From a virus (Duplodnaviria; Caudoviricetes): a stretch of 33,911 nt of DNA. Below are positions 16,399-27,400 of the stretch, piece after piece (the first letter of the stretch is position 1; every line of letters starts with the position of its first letter). The stretch covers positions 1-33,911 of the IMG/VR virus record IMGVR_UViG_3300020463_001618; one strand, 5' to 3'. The position numbers were made by a program, and so were the translations under genes. The notes below the pieces were generated by a model, which was given only the letters and a program-made list of their open reading frames with translations, was not told the origin of the DNA and did not search any database.

Positions 16399-18942
16399 TT
16401 ATATATTGTGTTCATAATTTGCGAACAGTATATATTGGTCGTTTGAACTGCCCGTAGTGCTATCTATAATGTATCTATCAATATCAAAGTCAATTGTTTT
16501 AAAATTGAAGTTATTATTCTTAATATTAAGCATTATTTGGTCTGCTTGTCCGGCTTGACAATAAACAATGGGTATTGCACTTGTATACCCTAATTCTTGT
16601 ACACTATTTTGTTGTGTTGTACGCATCCAAAGTGGTAAAAAGTCACGTTCTGTAACACCTGTTTCAGATATCCTATCTCTCATATTACTTAGATTTGATA
16701 TGTATTTGGTGTTGTCGTTATCCTGACTTACTTTGACTGCACTGCTATCAACTTTAAGTGTGTTTGTAATTGGTCTAAATCTAAATGGTTCTGCTTGTTC
16801 AATTACAAATTCTTGGACACTTGTAACTGTAGTACCTAATCTTGTTGTTACTGTAATATTACCTACAGTAGGAAATACAACACGACCACTTCTTGTAATA
16901 ATTTCTAAATCATTACCAATACTTTGTACTTTAATTGTAGGTGTTCCTGAACCTCTAACATTAAGATCAAATGCACTTGAACCTGTTCCTAATGCTGTCT
17001 TATCATCTTGTGCTTCAAAAGAAATACTGTCTACTGTAATGCTATTACTGTTTCTACTTTTAAACTGTGTTGCAGTTCTGCCTTTAGATGGTTCTGCAGG
17101 ATCAAACACTTCTAAATATACAACTTCATAAACTGTGTCATTACTACCTGGATTCTTTGCTACTGCTTTTTTAACTTCACCTATTTTATAATTTTTACGT
17201 TTGTGATTCTTTGCCGCCGCCGCTACATAGTTTCTAATATTTTGTGTAAGTATACCTGCGTATGCTAACATCTTAATTTCTTTTTGCACGCCAAACTGTG
17301 GATCACCTGCTCTGTAAACAAGGTCTGGTGGAAAGACACTTGGATCAGAAACAAATGCTTCATAACTACTTCTAACAGTTGACTTTAAGAAAGGCTTCAT
17401 GAATAAGTTACTGTACAAGTTATCATCTGGATCAAGAACATCAAGTGTAAACTCTCGTTCAACTGCACTAAATCCAAAACGGTCTTCTGCTTTTACTGTA
17501 AATTTAAACTCTCTATCTAAGATAGTTTTAGCACCATCAAATGTCATTGCACCACTATCAAAGACTGTAAGTCCTGGAGTTGTAGCAGTACCAAATTGAT
17601 TTACTTTACCAATTATTTCTCCACTAATATCTAATTGTAATCCTGCAGGTAAGTTACCTGATATAATACTGTATAGTAATCTTGAGTCAGGAACAGTTGT
17701 TGTTGCTTTTATACTTTTTGTTGAAATAAAGTTTGCACTAATAGTTCCTAAGTTTGATGGAGTTGTGAACGTAATAGTCGAATCAACTTCACCTAATATT
17801 TTAACTGTAAATGTTTTTGTTTTTGTTGCAAGAATTGTTTCTGGTACGCCGCCAAGTCTTGTTGCTTTAACTGTAAATTTGTATTCTTTTGTAACTGCTG
17901 GTTGATAAGGTACACGACCTGCAATTTCACCAGTGCTACTATCTATTTGCATACCAGGCGGTAATGTACTTGCACTACCATCATCATTAAGTGCTTCAAG
18001 TGTGTAAGTTAATCTTCCTAAAATTGTTTCCGTATCTAATACATCAAGGAAAAATGTAAGAAAGTTATTAGCACGTCTGAAACCTAAGTTTGCTGGAGTT
18101 AACCATAATGGTGTTCTTAAGTATGTGTTATCAGCACTAAACAATCCGTTTGCAATTTGCATCTTAGTGTTGTCTGCTCTTAAGAAGTCATCACCTACAA
18201 GATAAATTTGAAACTTACGTTTCTTGATAGTATCACCATCGCTAACACTAACAATAAACTCATAATACCTATTTAATTTTCTTGGTTGTCTTGTTGGAAT
18301 TCTGTCGTCATAAATTCTTGTATCATAAAAGAAACTGTCATAACCATTAGCACTTCTTTCACCAAAATCGAAAGGAAATGTACCATATACGTTTGCATCA
18401 TAATGTCCACTGCCTGCACGTTTATCTAATGCAAGTACTGGCTCAACTAATCCAACAATTCTTCCATCTGTTGTAAGTCTTGTTCCTGGAGGTAATTCGC
18501 CATCGTCATCAGCAATAAAATATTCAAGTGTATCACCTGCGGGTAAGTCTGGATCTATGGCTTGTAATTGAAAGTCTAAAACAGTATTATCAAGAACAAA
18601 AAATTTGCTATTAGGATCAACAGCAATTAGTCCTTCTTTTGTAATCCATTCAGGTTCGTCAGCACCGTCAATTAATATTGTGTATGTTCTATCTTCAATA
18701 GCACCTGAACTATCAGTTGCTCTAAGTACAAATTTTGATTCAGTTAATCTTTCTACTTCAAAAGGAGTACCAACAACATATAATCCCTCTATTCTAAGTC
18801 CACCTGGCAATGATCCACTAATAACTTTAACTGTGCTTATAGTGTTTGATACTGTGTTAACAGGTAAAGCAAAACGTATAGTCGCATTTTCTGCAAATAT
18901 ACCTAAATTAGATCCTGTTTTTAAAGTCCAGATGGTTGCCAT
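16399..18942 (-). CDS. Putative baseplate wedge protein with Ig-like repeats
   Basis: Four G.LP.G..(L/I)...G.I.G repeats, each followed by F.(V/L).A/V strands (putative Ig domains). It lies in the tail module behind a late promoter. Confidence 0.72.
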   Translation of the reverse strand: MATIWTLKTGSNLGIFAENATIRFALPVNTVSNTISTVKVISGSLPGGLRIEGLYVVGTPFEVERLTESKFVLRATDSSGAIEDRTYTILIDGADEPEWITKEGLIAVDPNSKFFVLDNTVLDFQLQAIDPDLPAGDTLEYFIADDDGELPPGTRLTTDGRIVGLVEPVLALDKRAGSGHYDANVYGTFPFDFGERSANGYDSFFYDTRIYDDRIPTRQPRKLNRYYEFIVSVSDGDTIKKRKFQIYLVGDDFLRADNTKMQIANGLFSADNTYLRTPLWLTPANLGFRRANNFLTFFLDVLDTETILGRLTYTLEALNDDGSASTLPPGMQIDSSTGEIAGRVPYQPAVTKEYKFTVKATRLGGVPETILATKTKTFTVKILGEVDSTITFTTPSNLGTISANFISTKSIKATTTVPDSRLLYSIISGNLPAGLQLDISGEIIGKVNQFGTATTPGLTVFDSGAMTFDGAKTILDREFKFTVKAEDRFGFSAVEREFTLDVLDPDDNLYSNLFMKPFLKSTVRSSYEAFVSDPSVFPPDLVYRAGDPQFGVQKEIKMLAYAGILTQNIRNYVAAAAKNHKRKNYKIGEVKKAVAKNPGSNDTVYEVVYLEVFDPAEPSKGRTATQFKSRNSNSITVDSISFEAQDDKTALGTGSSAFDLNVRGSGTPTIKVQSIGNDLEIITRSGRVVFPTVGNITVTTRLGTTVTSVQEFVIEQAEPFRFRPITNTLKVDSSAVKVSQDNDNTKYISNLSNMRDRISETGVTERDFLPLWMRTTQQNSVQELGYTSAIPIVYCQAGQADQIMLNIKNNNFNFKTIDFDIDRYIIDSTTGSSNDQYILFANYEHNI

Positions 18943-18962
18943 TTTGATTCCTTATTCAATAG

Positions 18963-18970
18963 TATTTATC
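18963..18970 (-). promoter_or_regulatory. Late promoter GATAAATA
   Basis: Followed by a short leader with a TAAGGA SD and ATG 18942. Confidence 0.75.
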
Positions 18971-18988
18971 GGAATATTGTGGCTATGA

Positions 18989-19678
18989 TTATAGCGGGTT
19001 TGTAATTGTACCGTTATCAATTGAAACATCTGCAACGGTACTGTCTTCTTGTAGCCCTGGATCATCAATTGTACCTAAATCAACGTTAGTTGCTGTACCT
19101 AAAAATTCAATAATGCTTGATGTACTACCTGTAATATTACCAAAGTTAAATCCGTAAATATCTCTTACGTCAATACCATATACTGTAGTTTCAGCATCTC
19201 TTACATTTAGAATAGTTTTATTATTAGCATTTAAATCGCCACCTAAAACTGGTGTAGCGTCTGTGCTTAATTCTGTTGCAGAATTAATTGTAATACCACT
19301 TGCACCGTTCTGTGCTGTAGTTACATTAGTACCACCTGCAATAGTAAATGTATCGCCTTCAGCAAGTGTAATGTTTCCACTATCTGTAGCAACAATTAAC
19401 TGTTGTAAACCGCCAACACTTGCAATAGTAACGTTTGAACTATCTGATGTAATAGTAACATTTCCGCCTGCTTTAATCTTTTTAAATTGTAAATCAAACC
19501 CAGTCTTTTGTGCAAATACACCTTGACCTTCTGTACCTAAATTAGATGCAGTTGTTTGCTCAGGATTACGATTGTCAAGTTCTGTAAAATTGTTATTAAC
19601 TTTTACAAACGCTTCACGTAAATCATCACCTGTTCCGTCATTTGCTACGCCGCCGATATTAACTGTTTGTATTGCCAT
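18989..19678 (-). CDS. Baseplate/fibre protein with T4 gp9/gp10-type N-terminus
   Basis: MAIQTVNIGGVANDGTGDDLREAFVKVNNNFTEL. The start is reassigned to ATG 19678 (GATAAATA-N5-ATG). Confidence 0.8.
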   Translation of the reverse strand: MAIQTVNIGGVANDGTGDDLREAFVKVNNNFTELDNRNPEQTTASNLGTEGQGVFAQKTGFDLQFKKIKAGGNVTITSDSSNVTIASVGGLQQLIVATDSGNITLAEGDTFTIAGGTNVTTAQNGASGITINSATELSTDATPVLGGDLNANNKTILNVRDAETTVYGIDVRDIYGFNFGNITGSTSSIIEFLGTATNVDLGTIDDPGLQEDSTVADVSIDNGTITNPL

Positions 19679-19683
19679 ACTAA

Positions 19684-19691
19684 TATTTATC
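19684..19691 (-). promoter_or_regulatory. Late promoter GATAAATA, leaderless
   Basis: GATAAATA-TTAGT-ATG. Confidence 0.78.
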
Positions 19692-22388
19692 CTATTCTGG
19701 TGGTCTCTTACGCACTGTACGTTTTGCCCTTGGATATAATGCACCTGTTGTAGGTCTTAAATTATAATCTTTCTTAGGGTGCATAGCACCATCTATGCTA
19801 CGTTCAAAATTGTATTTTACATGCACATTAGGTGAACCTTGTAAGTCATCTGTATCTGTTGGATTTTCTGTAGATGTTGCATCATAAAGTTGCCCTTGTA
19901 CTGCCCATTTTGAAATTAAATATGCTTTTGCTTGTTCTTGAGTATAGTGCGGATATGTTTCCATTAAACAAGCAACCAATCCTGCTACTTGAGGACTTGC
20001 CATACTTGTTCCTGAAATCTTTCCTACTCTATAAGAACTGGACGCTGTCCTTGGATCTTGAGGAATAGTACTGCTGTAACTTGTATTTAAAACAGATTGA
20101 ATACTTGTACCTGGAGCATAAACATCAACACCAGGACCACAATCACTAAAACTAACTTTTCTATCAGCGTTACTTGTTAAACCAGTATCAGTAGCACCAA
20201 CACAAATGTTAGGTATGTCATATGTGCCATTTACAGAATCATCATTTGCTGTTGGACTTGTGCCACGCATATAATATCTTGCACTTGCAGATGATGTTTC
20301 AAATGTATTATCCCAATCAGCACCACCTGGTACGTCATGTTTCCATCGACCGTTACCTGCCGCGCCTATTGTAATAACACCTTCGTCTATAGCATCTTCG
20401 ATGTCTGCATCAAGTGCCGCAACTCTTACAGGAATACGTTGTCCTGATATAAATCCCCAAGCATTAAGTTGTGCAGTTGAAAAAGACCCATCAACTGATT
20501 TGTTTGCATTACCTTCAATATTCAAATCAATTTGTGTAGGTGTTGCTTCATAAAATTTGTATTCATATCTTATTGTTGGAGATCCTAATGTACCACTTGT
20601 ATTTGGATTACCTTCCCATACTAATCTATAAATTCTACTACCAACTGTACCTGAGGTACCATAAAAAATTCTTTGACAACTACAATCTTCTGCTGTTACC
20701 ATAATCTTTGGAAGAGAAGGTGTGTTCTCATCAATACCAGAATAAGTTGTTGCTCCGCCACCAAATGTAAGATAACTGTTTGTACCCATATATATAGTGT
20801 TTGAACTTTCATTCAAGTATGTTACATTGAACGGTAAAGTAAGTGTCCAGTATCCATCATCATTATTACCATTTTGAGGTGTAACTGATGCTGTCAATCC
20901 TGTTGTAGAAGCAATGGGTATATTTGTACCAAGACTTGTAACTGTTGCCGCAGGACTACCACCTACGTATCCTACAAGTGTACAACTTAACAATGCCGCC
21001 GTTGTAGGGTCAGTACCTTCTGTAACAGTTGTTTGCCAAGTAATACTATATTGTTCGTTGTTAGGTAAACTTAAACTTGTTTGTGTTAAGTCAACTTCAG
21101 CAAAGCCACCATCAACTGATGTTTGACTATTTGTTTGTGTATTGATTGTACTGCCACCTTGGTCTTGTACTGTAACTGTAAGATCAATATCTGATATACC
21201 TGTAATTCCTTGTGAACTAACATTGTGCCTATAATTAATAGTAGCAGGTCCTTGTATGGTTGCTGTATAACTTGCATTAGGTATAACATTTACATCTAAC
21301 TCAATCGTTCCACCTGTTCTTACAAATCCTGTAGGCGTAGCATTAAAGTCTCCGCCAACTGTTCCTTCAGAACCTGAAGTTGTAATACGTTGTGAAATAT
21401 CTTCTGGATCTGCTGTAAAGGTTCCTATTCTTGCAGAAGAAGTAAACACTCCTGAAGTACCATTGTATGTCGTTGTCCCACTTGGAGTATATCTTGTTCC
21501 CCTATAGGTAACTGCCGTTATAGAGCTCATACTCCATTGACTTGGGAATATACTCATTCCCCATGAGTTGTTGACGACTGTTGGGTTCTTAATTCCTGTT
21601 GTTCCATTGACTGACTTATTCGCGTGAAATTGTCTAATGTAATCGAACACGTAAGGAAAATTAGTATTATTAACAGCGCCAGCATAGTAGTAAAGATTAT
21701 ATAAATTCGCATCTCTTGCCCATCCTTGCCGGTTGCCTCCCGCAGTTCCCATAACGTGATTAGCGTGATAACTTCCTGGATTACCGTAACTGTAAGTCCC
21801 TGACGCTCCTCCGGTTACTGCTGGATTGTGTTGATACCAATTATATTGCACGATACGTTCCGCGGAACCATCTGCTGTGTCTTGACCTGATGGTTGTGTG
21901 TATTCTGGATGTCCGGTGTGTATACCGTCACCATCGCAAATAACCAAATCAACATTACGACCAGTTGCATTAAATGATATTGTTGTGTTAACTTCAGTTG
22001 GAGACTGTCCCCAACCAGATTGATTTTGTCCGTCTATTAATCGTAACAATCCCCAGTTAAGATCGGACCCTGTCTGAGAACTATTTCTTGCAAACGTACC
22101 TGTTTGTTGTACTATCGAATTTTCCGAAACTTCTAAGTTTGCATCTTTAGGGTTAAGTTCAACCGCTAAAACTCTGTCGTCATTGCTGACTAAATTCTTT
22201 TCTGATTCTGTAAGCCAATACTCTGTTGTTCTTGATTCTGGTCTTGGATTGTGAACTTCGACTGCTCTGTTTGGAATGTGTAGAGCACCACCAGGTGTCT
22301 CCATATCATCTGCGAATGCTACACTGTCTACACTATTCTTAAGTGTAACCATGTAGATCTTTTTTTCTACATGCTTTCTTAAAGACAT
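19692..22388 (-). CDS. Subtilisin-family (S8) serine protease with a large inserted domain, in the tail module
   Basis: Asp (VDLVICDGDG), His (HANHVMGTAGG), NNSWG, oxyanion AAGN, DVYAPG and Ser (SGTSMASPQVAG), with an N-terminal propeptide-like region. Confidence 0.9.
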   Translation of the reverse strand: MSLRKHVEKKIYMVTLKNSVDSVAFADDMETPGGALHIPNRAVEVHNPRPESRTTEYWLTESEKNLVSNDDRVLAVELNPKDANLEVSENSIVQQTGTFARNSSQTGSDLNWGLLRLIDGQNQSGWGQSPTEVNTTISFNATGRNVDLVICDGDGIHTGHPEYTQPSGQDTADGSAERIVQYNWYQHNPAVTGGASGTYSYGNPGSYHANHVMGTAGGNRQGWARDANLYNLYYYAGAVNNTNFPYVFDYIRQFHANKSVNGTTGIKNPTVVNNSWGMSIFPSQWSMSSITAVTYRGTRYTPSGTTTYNGTSGVFTSSARIGTFTADPEDISQRITTSGSEGTVGGDFNATPTGFVRTGGTIELDVNVIPNASYTATIQGPATINYRHNVSSQGITGISDIDLTVTVQDQGGSTINTQTNSQTSVDGGFAEVDLTQTSLSLPNNEQYSITWQTTVTEGTDPTTAALLSCTLVGYVGGSPAATVTSLGTNIPIASTTGLTASVTPQNGNNDDGYWTLTLPFNVTYLNESSNTIYMGTNSYLTFGGGATTYSGIDENTPSLPKIMVTAEDCSCQRIFYGTSGTVGSRIYRLVWEGNPNTSGTLGSPTIRYEYKFYEATPTQIDLNIEGNANKSVDGSFSTAQLNAWGFISGQRIPVRVAALDADIEDAIDEGVITIGAAGNGRWKHDVPGGADWDNTFETSSASARYYMRGTSPTANDDSVNGTYDIPNICVGATDTGLTSNADRKVSFSDCGPGVDVYAPGTSIQSVLNTSYSSTIPQDPRTASSSYRVGKISGTSMASPQVAGLVACLMETYPHYTQEQAKAYLISKWAVQGQLYDATSTENPTDTDDLQGSPNVHVKYNFERSIDGAMHPKKDYNLRPTTGALYPRAKRTVRKRPPE

Positions 22389-22389
22389 G

Positions 22390-23964
22390 TTAGCCCTCCA
22401 ATTTAAGCAGTTTTAGTGTAGTTGTTATTGTTGCAGTTCCACCACTTTTATTTTTTACTGCCGCATATATTGTTGTATCGTTCGCACTATTCCAACCTAA
22501 TACTGCTGGACCAAACTCAATAGTTTGTGCGCCATTGGATAGTACTTCTGCAATTACACCTGAAGCAGGACTTGGATCTACACCTTCGCCTCTACCTGCA
22601 TCTGCTGTTCTGTTTGCTGAACTTGTATATAATCTAACCCATGCCGCCGCAGATGTCTGTATGCTCATTAGCATGTATGATTTGAAACCTGTAATAGAAA
22701 CATCTTCGTTTACATTATTAGCAATACTATTTGTTGTTACTGCCGCTGTTGTTCTTGAAGCAAGTCCTTCCGAACCTCCTGCTCCTGCAACTTGTGTGTC
22801 AACATAAGTTTTTACAGCACTCTCTGTAGGAACTGCTGTATTACTATCACCAGCAAGTGTTCCGTCTGCACTAAATTCGTTAACAACTGTACCTGCCGCA
22901 AAACCAATTGATCCTGCATTAACTAAACTTACTCCTGATAAGTTTGTTGCAAAAGTAAATGTACCTGATCCGTTTGTCGTTAATACTGTATTTGCCGCAC
23001 CATCTGAAATACCTAAGTCTGTTAAGGCACTTGGTGCGTCTGTAATTCCGTAACCTGCAAGTGTTGTTGGTTTACTTGTAATGCTTGTAAATGGTAATTC
23101 AAAATCAACTGCGTCCCAAGTTAATCCTGTCCATTGTATAATTTGACCTGCTGTAACATCATTTACACTTGTATCATCTAAATCAGATACTTGATAAACA
23201 GGTTTGCTTGTAACGTTGTTCCAGTCTAAGTAATAACTTCCTGCAAAACCTTGAAGTGTGTCAGCATTTAATCCGCCACCACCTGATGTAATATCATCTG
23301 CTGGTAACCATTTATTGTTTAACCATTTTAATACTTGTCCGTTTGTCGGAGGTGTTGTTGAAGTGTCAACATCTGACATATCATCAATGTCAGTTGGAAT
23401 AATTGGTTTGTTACTTAAATCATTATAACTTCCGCTTGATGCTACTGTTGAATACGTTGGTGTATTAAGAAGATTGTTATAAGATACTAAACTATTAATC
23501 CATTTGTTTGTAGTAGTATCATATTTTAAAACTTGATGGTTTGCAGGAGCAGTAATAACAACATCAGTTAAACCTGGTAAGTTACTTGAACCACCGCCTC
23601 CACTACCAACACCAGTTGCTCCAATAGTTAATGTATTGGCCGCATCATTGTATGTTAGTGTGATGCCTGTTCCTGCTACAAGGAAATCATTTAATCTATC
23701 ATCTACACGTTCGTTTGAAAAATACTGTTTAGTACCTTCTACAATATCATCTGTGTTAGATGGAATAGTTGGCGTACCTGTTAAGTCTGTATATGATCCA
23801 CTAAAAGGATTATAAAGTACACCAGCAACTGTTAAACTTGTTGCCGCAATATTACCTGCACCAACAATGCCAGATCCTGTTAAATTTAAATTATCACCAA
23901 TGGGTAATTCTTTTAACTTATTACCGTCTGCTGTATCTACTATAAGTGGTATTCTATCTGCCAT
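22390..23964 (-). CDS. Tail fibre-like protein
   Basis: Repeats SGSY.DL...P.IP, L.D..DV...GQVLKW, ITSKPTTLAGYGITDA and VPTESAVKTYVD. Confidence 0.82.
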   Translation of the reverse strand: MADRIPLIVDTADGNKLKELPIGDNLNLTGSGIVGAGNIAATSLTVAGVLYNPFSGSYTDLTGTPTIPSNTDDIVEGTKQYFSNERVDDRLNDFLVAGTGITLTYNDAANTLTIGATGVGSGGGGSSNLPGLTDVVITAPANHQVLKYDTTTNKWINSLVSYNNLLNTPTYSTVASSGSYNDLSNKPIIPTDIDDMSDVDTSTTPPTNGQVLKWLNNKWLPADDITSGGGGLNADTLQGFAGSYYLDWNNVTSKPVYQVSDLDDTSVNDVTAGQIIQWTGLTWDAVDFELPFTSITSKPTTLAGYGITDAPSALTDLGISDGAANTVLTTNGSGTFTFATNLSGVSLVNAGSIGFAAGTVVNEFSADGTLAGDSNTAVPTESAVKTYVDTQVAGAGGSEGLASRTTAAVTTNSIANNVNEDVSITGFKSYMLMSIQTSAAAWVRLYTSSANRTADAGRGEGVDPSPASGVIAEVLSNGAQTIEFGPAVLGWNSANDTTIYAAVKNKSGGTATITTTLKLLKLEG

Positions 23965-23982
23965 TTTGTTTTCCTATACTCA

Positions 23983-23990
23983 TATTTATC
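23983..23990 (-). promoter_or_regulatory. Late promoter GATAAATA
   Basis: GATAAATA-TGAGT-ATAGGAAAACAAA-ATG (23964). Confidence 0.75.
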
Positions 23991-23997
23991 GTACTCA

Positions 23998-24489
23998 TTA
24001 CAGTGCCGCTATTCTTGTTTTGAAGTCAGCGAAATCAGTAGCCGCCGCAACTTCTGTTTTTAATGTTGTTAACGTAATTGTTTCAGCAGTAATATATCCT
24101 GCACCGTTTGTTAACGTGTTATTGTTTGTTGGTATAGTTGGTGTACCAGTCAATACTGAGTAAGGAATAGTACCGCTTACACCGTCAATAATTACTGTTG
24201 AGTCATCTGCTACAACTGAACCTTTTAAATTTCCTACTATGTTTTGTGCTGTGACTGTGCTTGTAGCATGGTTAACAATTACAGTTGAATCACTTCCTAT
24301 AACATCTCCAATGATACTTTGTTGTATAGTAGCACCACCTTGGTTAGCAATACCAACCTGTCCTTCAACTACTACTATTCTTGCGTATAAATCTGTAAAG
24401 TTATCTTCTGCTTTGCTAAATGCGGTTCTTAATGGATCGCCATCACCTTTGTTAGCACTTGATCCAATGTTTATATTTTTCTGTGCCAT
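23998..24489 (-). CDS. Short baseplate/fibre protein with gp9/gp10-type N-terminus
   Basis: MAQKNINIGSSANKGDGDPLRTAFSKAEDNFTDLY. 1-nt overlap with the upstream gene. Confidence 0.78.
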   Translation of the reverse strand: MAQKNINIGSSANKGDGDPLRTAFSKAEDNFTDLYARIVVVEGQVGIANQGGATIQQSIIGDVIGSDSTVIVNHATSTVTAQNIVGNLKGSVVADDSTVIIDGVSGTIPYSVLTGTPTIPTNNNTLTNGAGYITAETITLTTLKTEVAAATDFADFKTRIAAL

Positions 24490-27400
24490 TAGACTCTCCC
24501 TACCACTACTTCAACAATTCCATACCCGGGGTCGTCCTTGTCTTTGACTGCTTTACCAATAACTTCACCAACACCTGGACTATTATTTACAATAGCATAT
24601 CCTTCTATGGCACTTGTTACAAGCATGTCGCCTTTTTTAACTTCACCTACTACTAATACAGGAACTCTACCTTGTAGTGCAATAGATGTAACATAATCGC
24701 CTTCAAGTCCTTTGTTCATTAAGTAACCTGGTTTCTCTGAAACAACACCAGCAACTCTCGTATCGCCTTTGTGTGTTGTAGTTGTAAGTTCTTGATCACC
24801 GCCAAACACAAGAACTGAACCAGTTTCGTATTCTGCATCTGCAAGATAATTCTCTGCCAAGTCAGCGTATAATGCTGTGTTAGCCTGTCCTTCAAATGTA
24901 ACTGCATGTACTTGATTATATTTTAGTGCCGCACTACCTATGTCATATACTGATGTTGTACTTGGTAGCATTGCCGCTGTACCTATTACTATTCTTGAAG
25001 CACCGTCAGTTACAAAACTAATTTGATCAGCATTACTAAATCCTGTTCCAGCACCAATACCAATACCTGTACTGTTAGCATCTGCTTCGCCTGGTGCTTC
25101 AATAAATGAATGGTATGCCCAGTCAGCCGCAATATAGTTTTCATCAGCAAATGTACTGTTTCCTTGGAAGTTACTTTCTGTCGCTCTACTTGCACCAATG
25201 TTTAGGTTACCAGTCATTGAGTTAGTTGTAACACCAGCACCTGTTGTTTGTGAACTTAAAAATAATGTTGTACCTGGGTTTGTAAAGTTAACTGTTGTAC
25301 CTGAAGTATCAATAATTCTTGCACTATCAACATCTAATGCTTGTACGTTGATTGACCCATCTGTATGTGTTTTAACAATCGCATTTGGAGCACCAATAGT
25401 AGTAAATGTACCACCACTGCTAACAATAGTTGAGAACGGAATAGCACTAACGTCACCATCGGAACTATCACCTGTTGCTCTACCAATTACATGTTCGTCT
25501 GCGATATTTGCAAGTTTCGCTATAGGTAGTTGACCATTGTCAATACTAATAAATCCATTGTCGCTACTAAACACTAAATTATCAAATGCCGCACTACCTA
25601 AATCATTTTGCGTAATACCTGTTGCGTTTGCTCTTACTGTTGCCGCGTTTAGATTTAATTTACTTTGTGCAATTTGTGCCGCCGCATTAACATCAGCATT
25701 AATAATAGCACCTGCTGTAATTTGGAAGTCGGCAGTATTAGCATTCCATGTAATACCAATGTCGCCTATTGGTGTTGCATTATCATAAACAGAACCGTCA
25801 AATAATAAAATATCACCACTTGCTCTGTTTGCCTTATTAGTACCAATTGCTTCGTCACCGAATGGTGTTCTTCCATCTACGTAACGTTTGTTAGCACCAT
25901 CAAAGTCTGCTCCTGGATCTCCCAAGCCTGTAATATTGTTGTTACTAAAGTTAATGTTTGCACTTGGACCAATAGTTCCATCTCTTGAAATAAATCCTGA
26001 ACCAATTGGGTTACCAACAATTAATGAGGATTCGTCCATTCCCAGACGTCTGTTTACATATCCTCTTACTGCTGATTCAGTTGGAGCCGAGTCAACAGCG
26101 TTATCTGTCATTCCATCATCACTTGAGAATTCAGTAATAACAACACCACGTTTAAATCCAATACCGTCTAAATTGCTTAATGCAATACTTGCCGCAAATG
26201 TAACTCGACCTGTTCCTTGGTCAACTGTAAAGAATCTACCTACACGGAAGAATCCGTCTTGGTCTGTACTTACATAGAATACTCTACCTTTGCCACGTTC
26301 TTGTACTTCGTTTGCTTGTACTGGTTCTTGTGGTGCACCATAAATTTTACTTGGATAGTTACTTGTGTTAAATCCACCTGATCCAATATCATTAAAGTCA
26401 TGTCCTGTTGCTCTTGCTACAGAAATATTAACTGTTAGTCCTGCATTTTCTCCGCTGTTTAATCCAACACGTAATGTTCTTGTGTCTGTACTTGTAAGTG
26501 GAGTTTGTAAACCTGCGGCAACTACAGCATCACCTAATGCCGCAGTGTTGATGTTGTTAAGATCTTCAATACTTAAAATAGCATAGCCTGTTTTTTGTGC
26601 GTAACTTAATACCTTGTGAACTTTACCGTCCCATGCAAAAATCATGTCACCATTGTTAAGTCTATCAATCTCTGCTTGTTCAGTAATTGTTTCAATTGAA
26701 ATTGCTACATCACCCGCCGCGTTACCATGTGACGTACCTGTACCAGCAAAGGCTGTACCTGCAATGTTCGCTTGGTTAACAACAACTCTAATGTAATCGT
26801 AGTTTGCGTCAAATGTAACCAACTGTTGATTAGCACCTGGAAGTGTAGTACCAACCGAGTTAGCACTACCAAACGCAATAGTTCTATATGTAAATGTATC
26901 TTGTTCGTCAAACACAACGGCAGTTGATGGTCTAATAACTGCTGTTGTTTCTAAGTCATCAAATATAAAGTTTTGTAACGCTCTAATAATAACTTTATCA
27001 TTGTTTGCCAATGTCGCCGCTAATCCATCGTTACCTGAAATATTAAGTTTGTAAATTTTACCATTACGTGAAGCACCAGCAACATCTGAAAATGCTGTTG
27101 TTTGTACACTTGCAACTTCGTATCTTACAATACCATCCGAACCACCATGATTGATTTCAATCTCTGAAATGTTATTTGGAATGTGTGCTATGTTGTATAC
27201 ATAAACAATATTTTTTCCTGCTACGTTAATCGCTGTGGTACCATTGTCGTAAATACGAGCAGTTTGTACCATTGCTTCTTCAAGTGTAATCTGATCAATA
27301 ACTTCGTTTGGATCTGATCCTGAAGAAACAAGTCCGAAGTTACCGTTTGAGTTAGAACCGTTTAGTGATCTAATCTGTGAACCGTTGTTTGCCATATATG

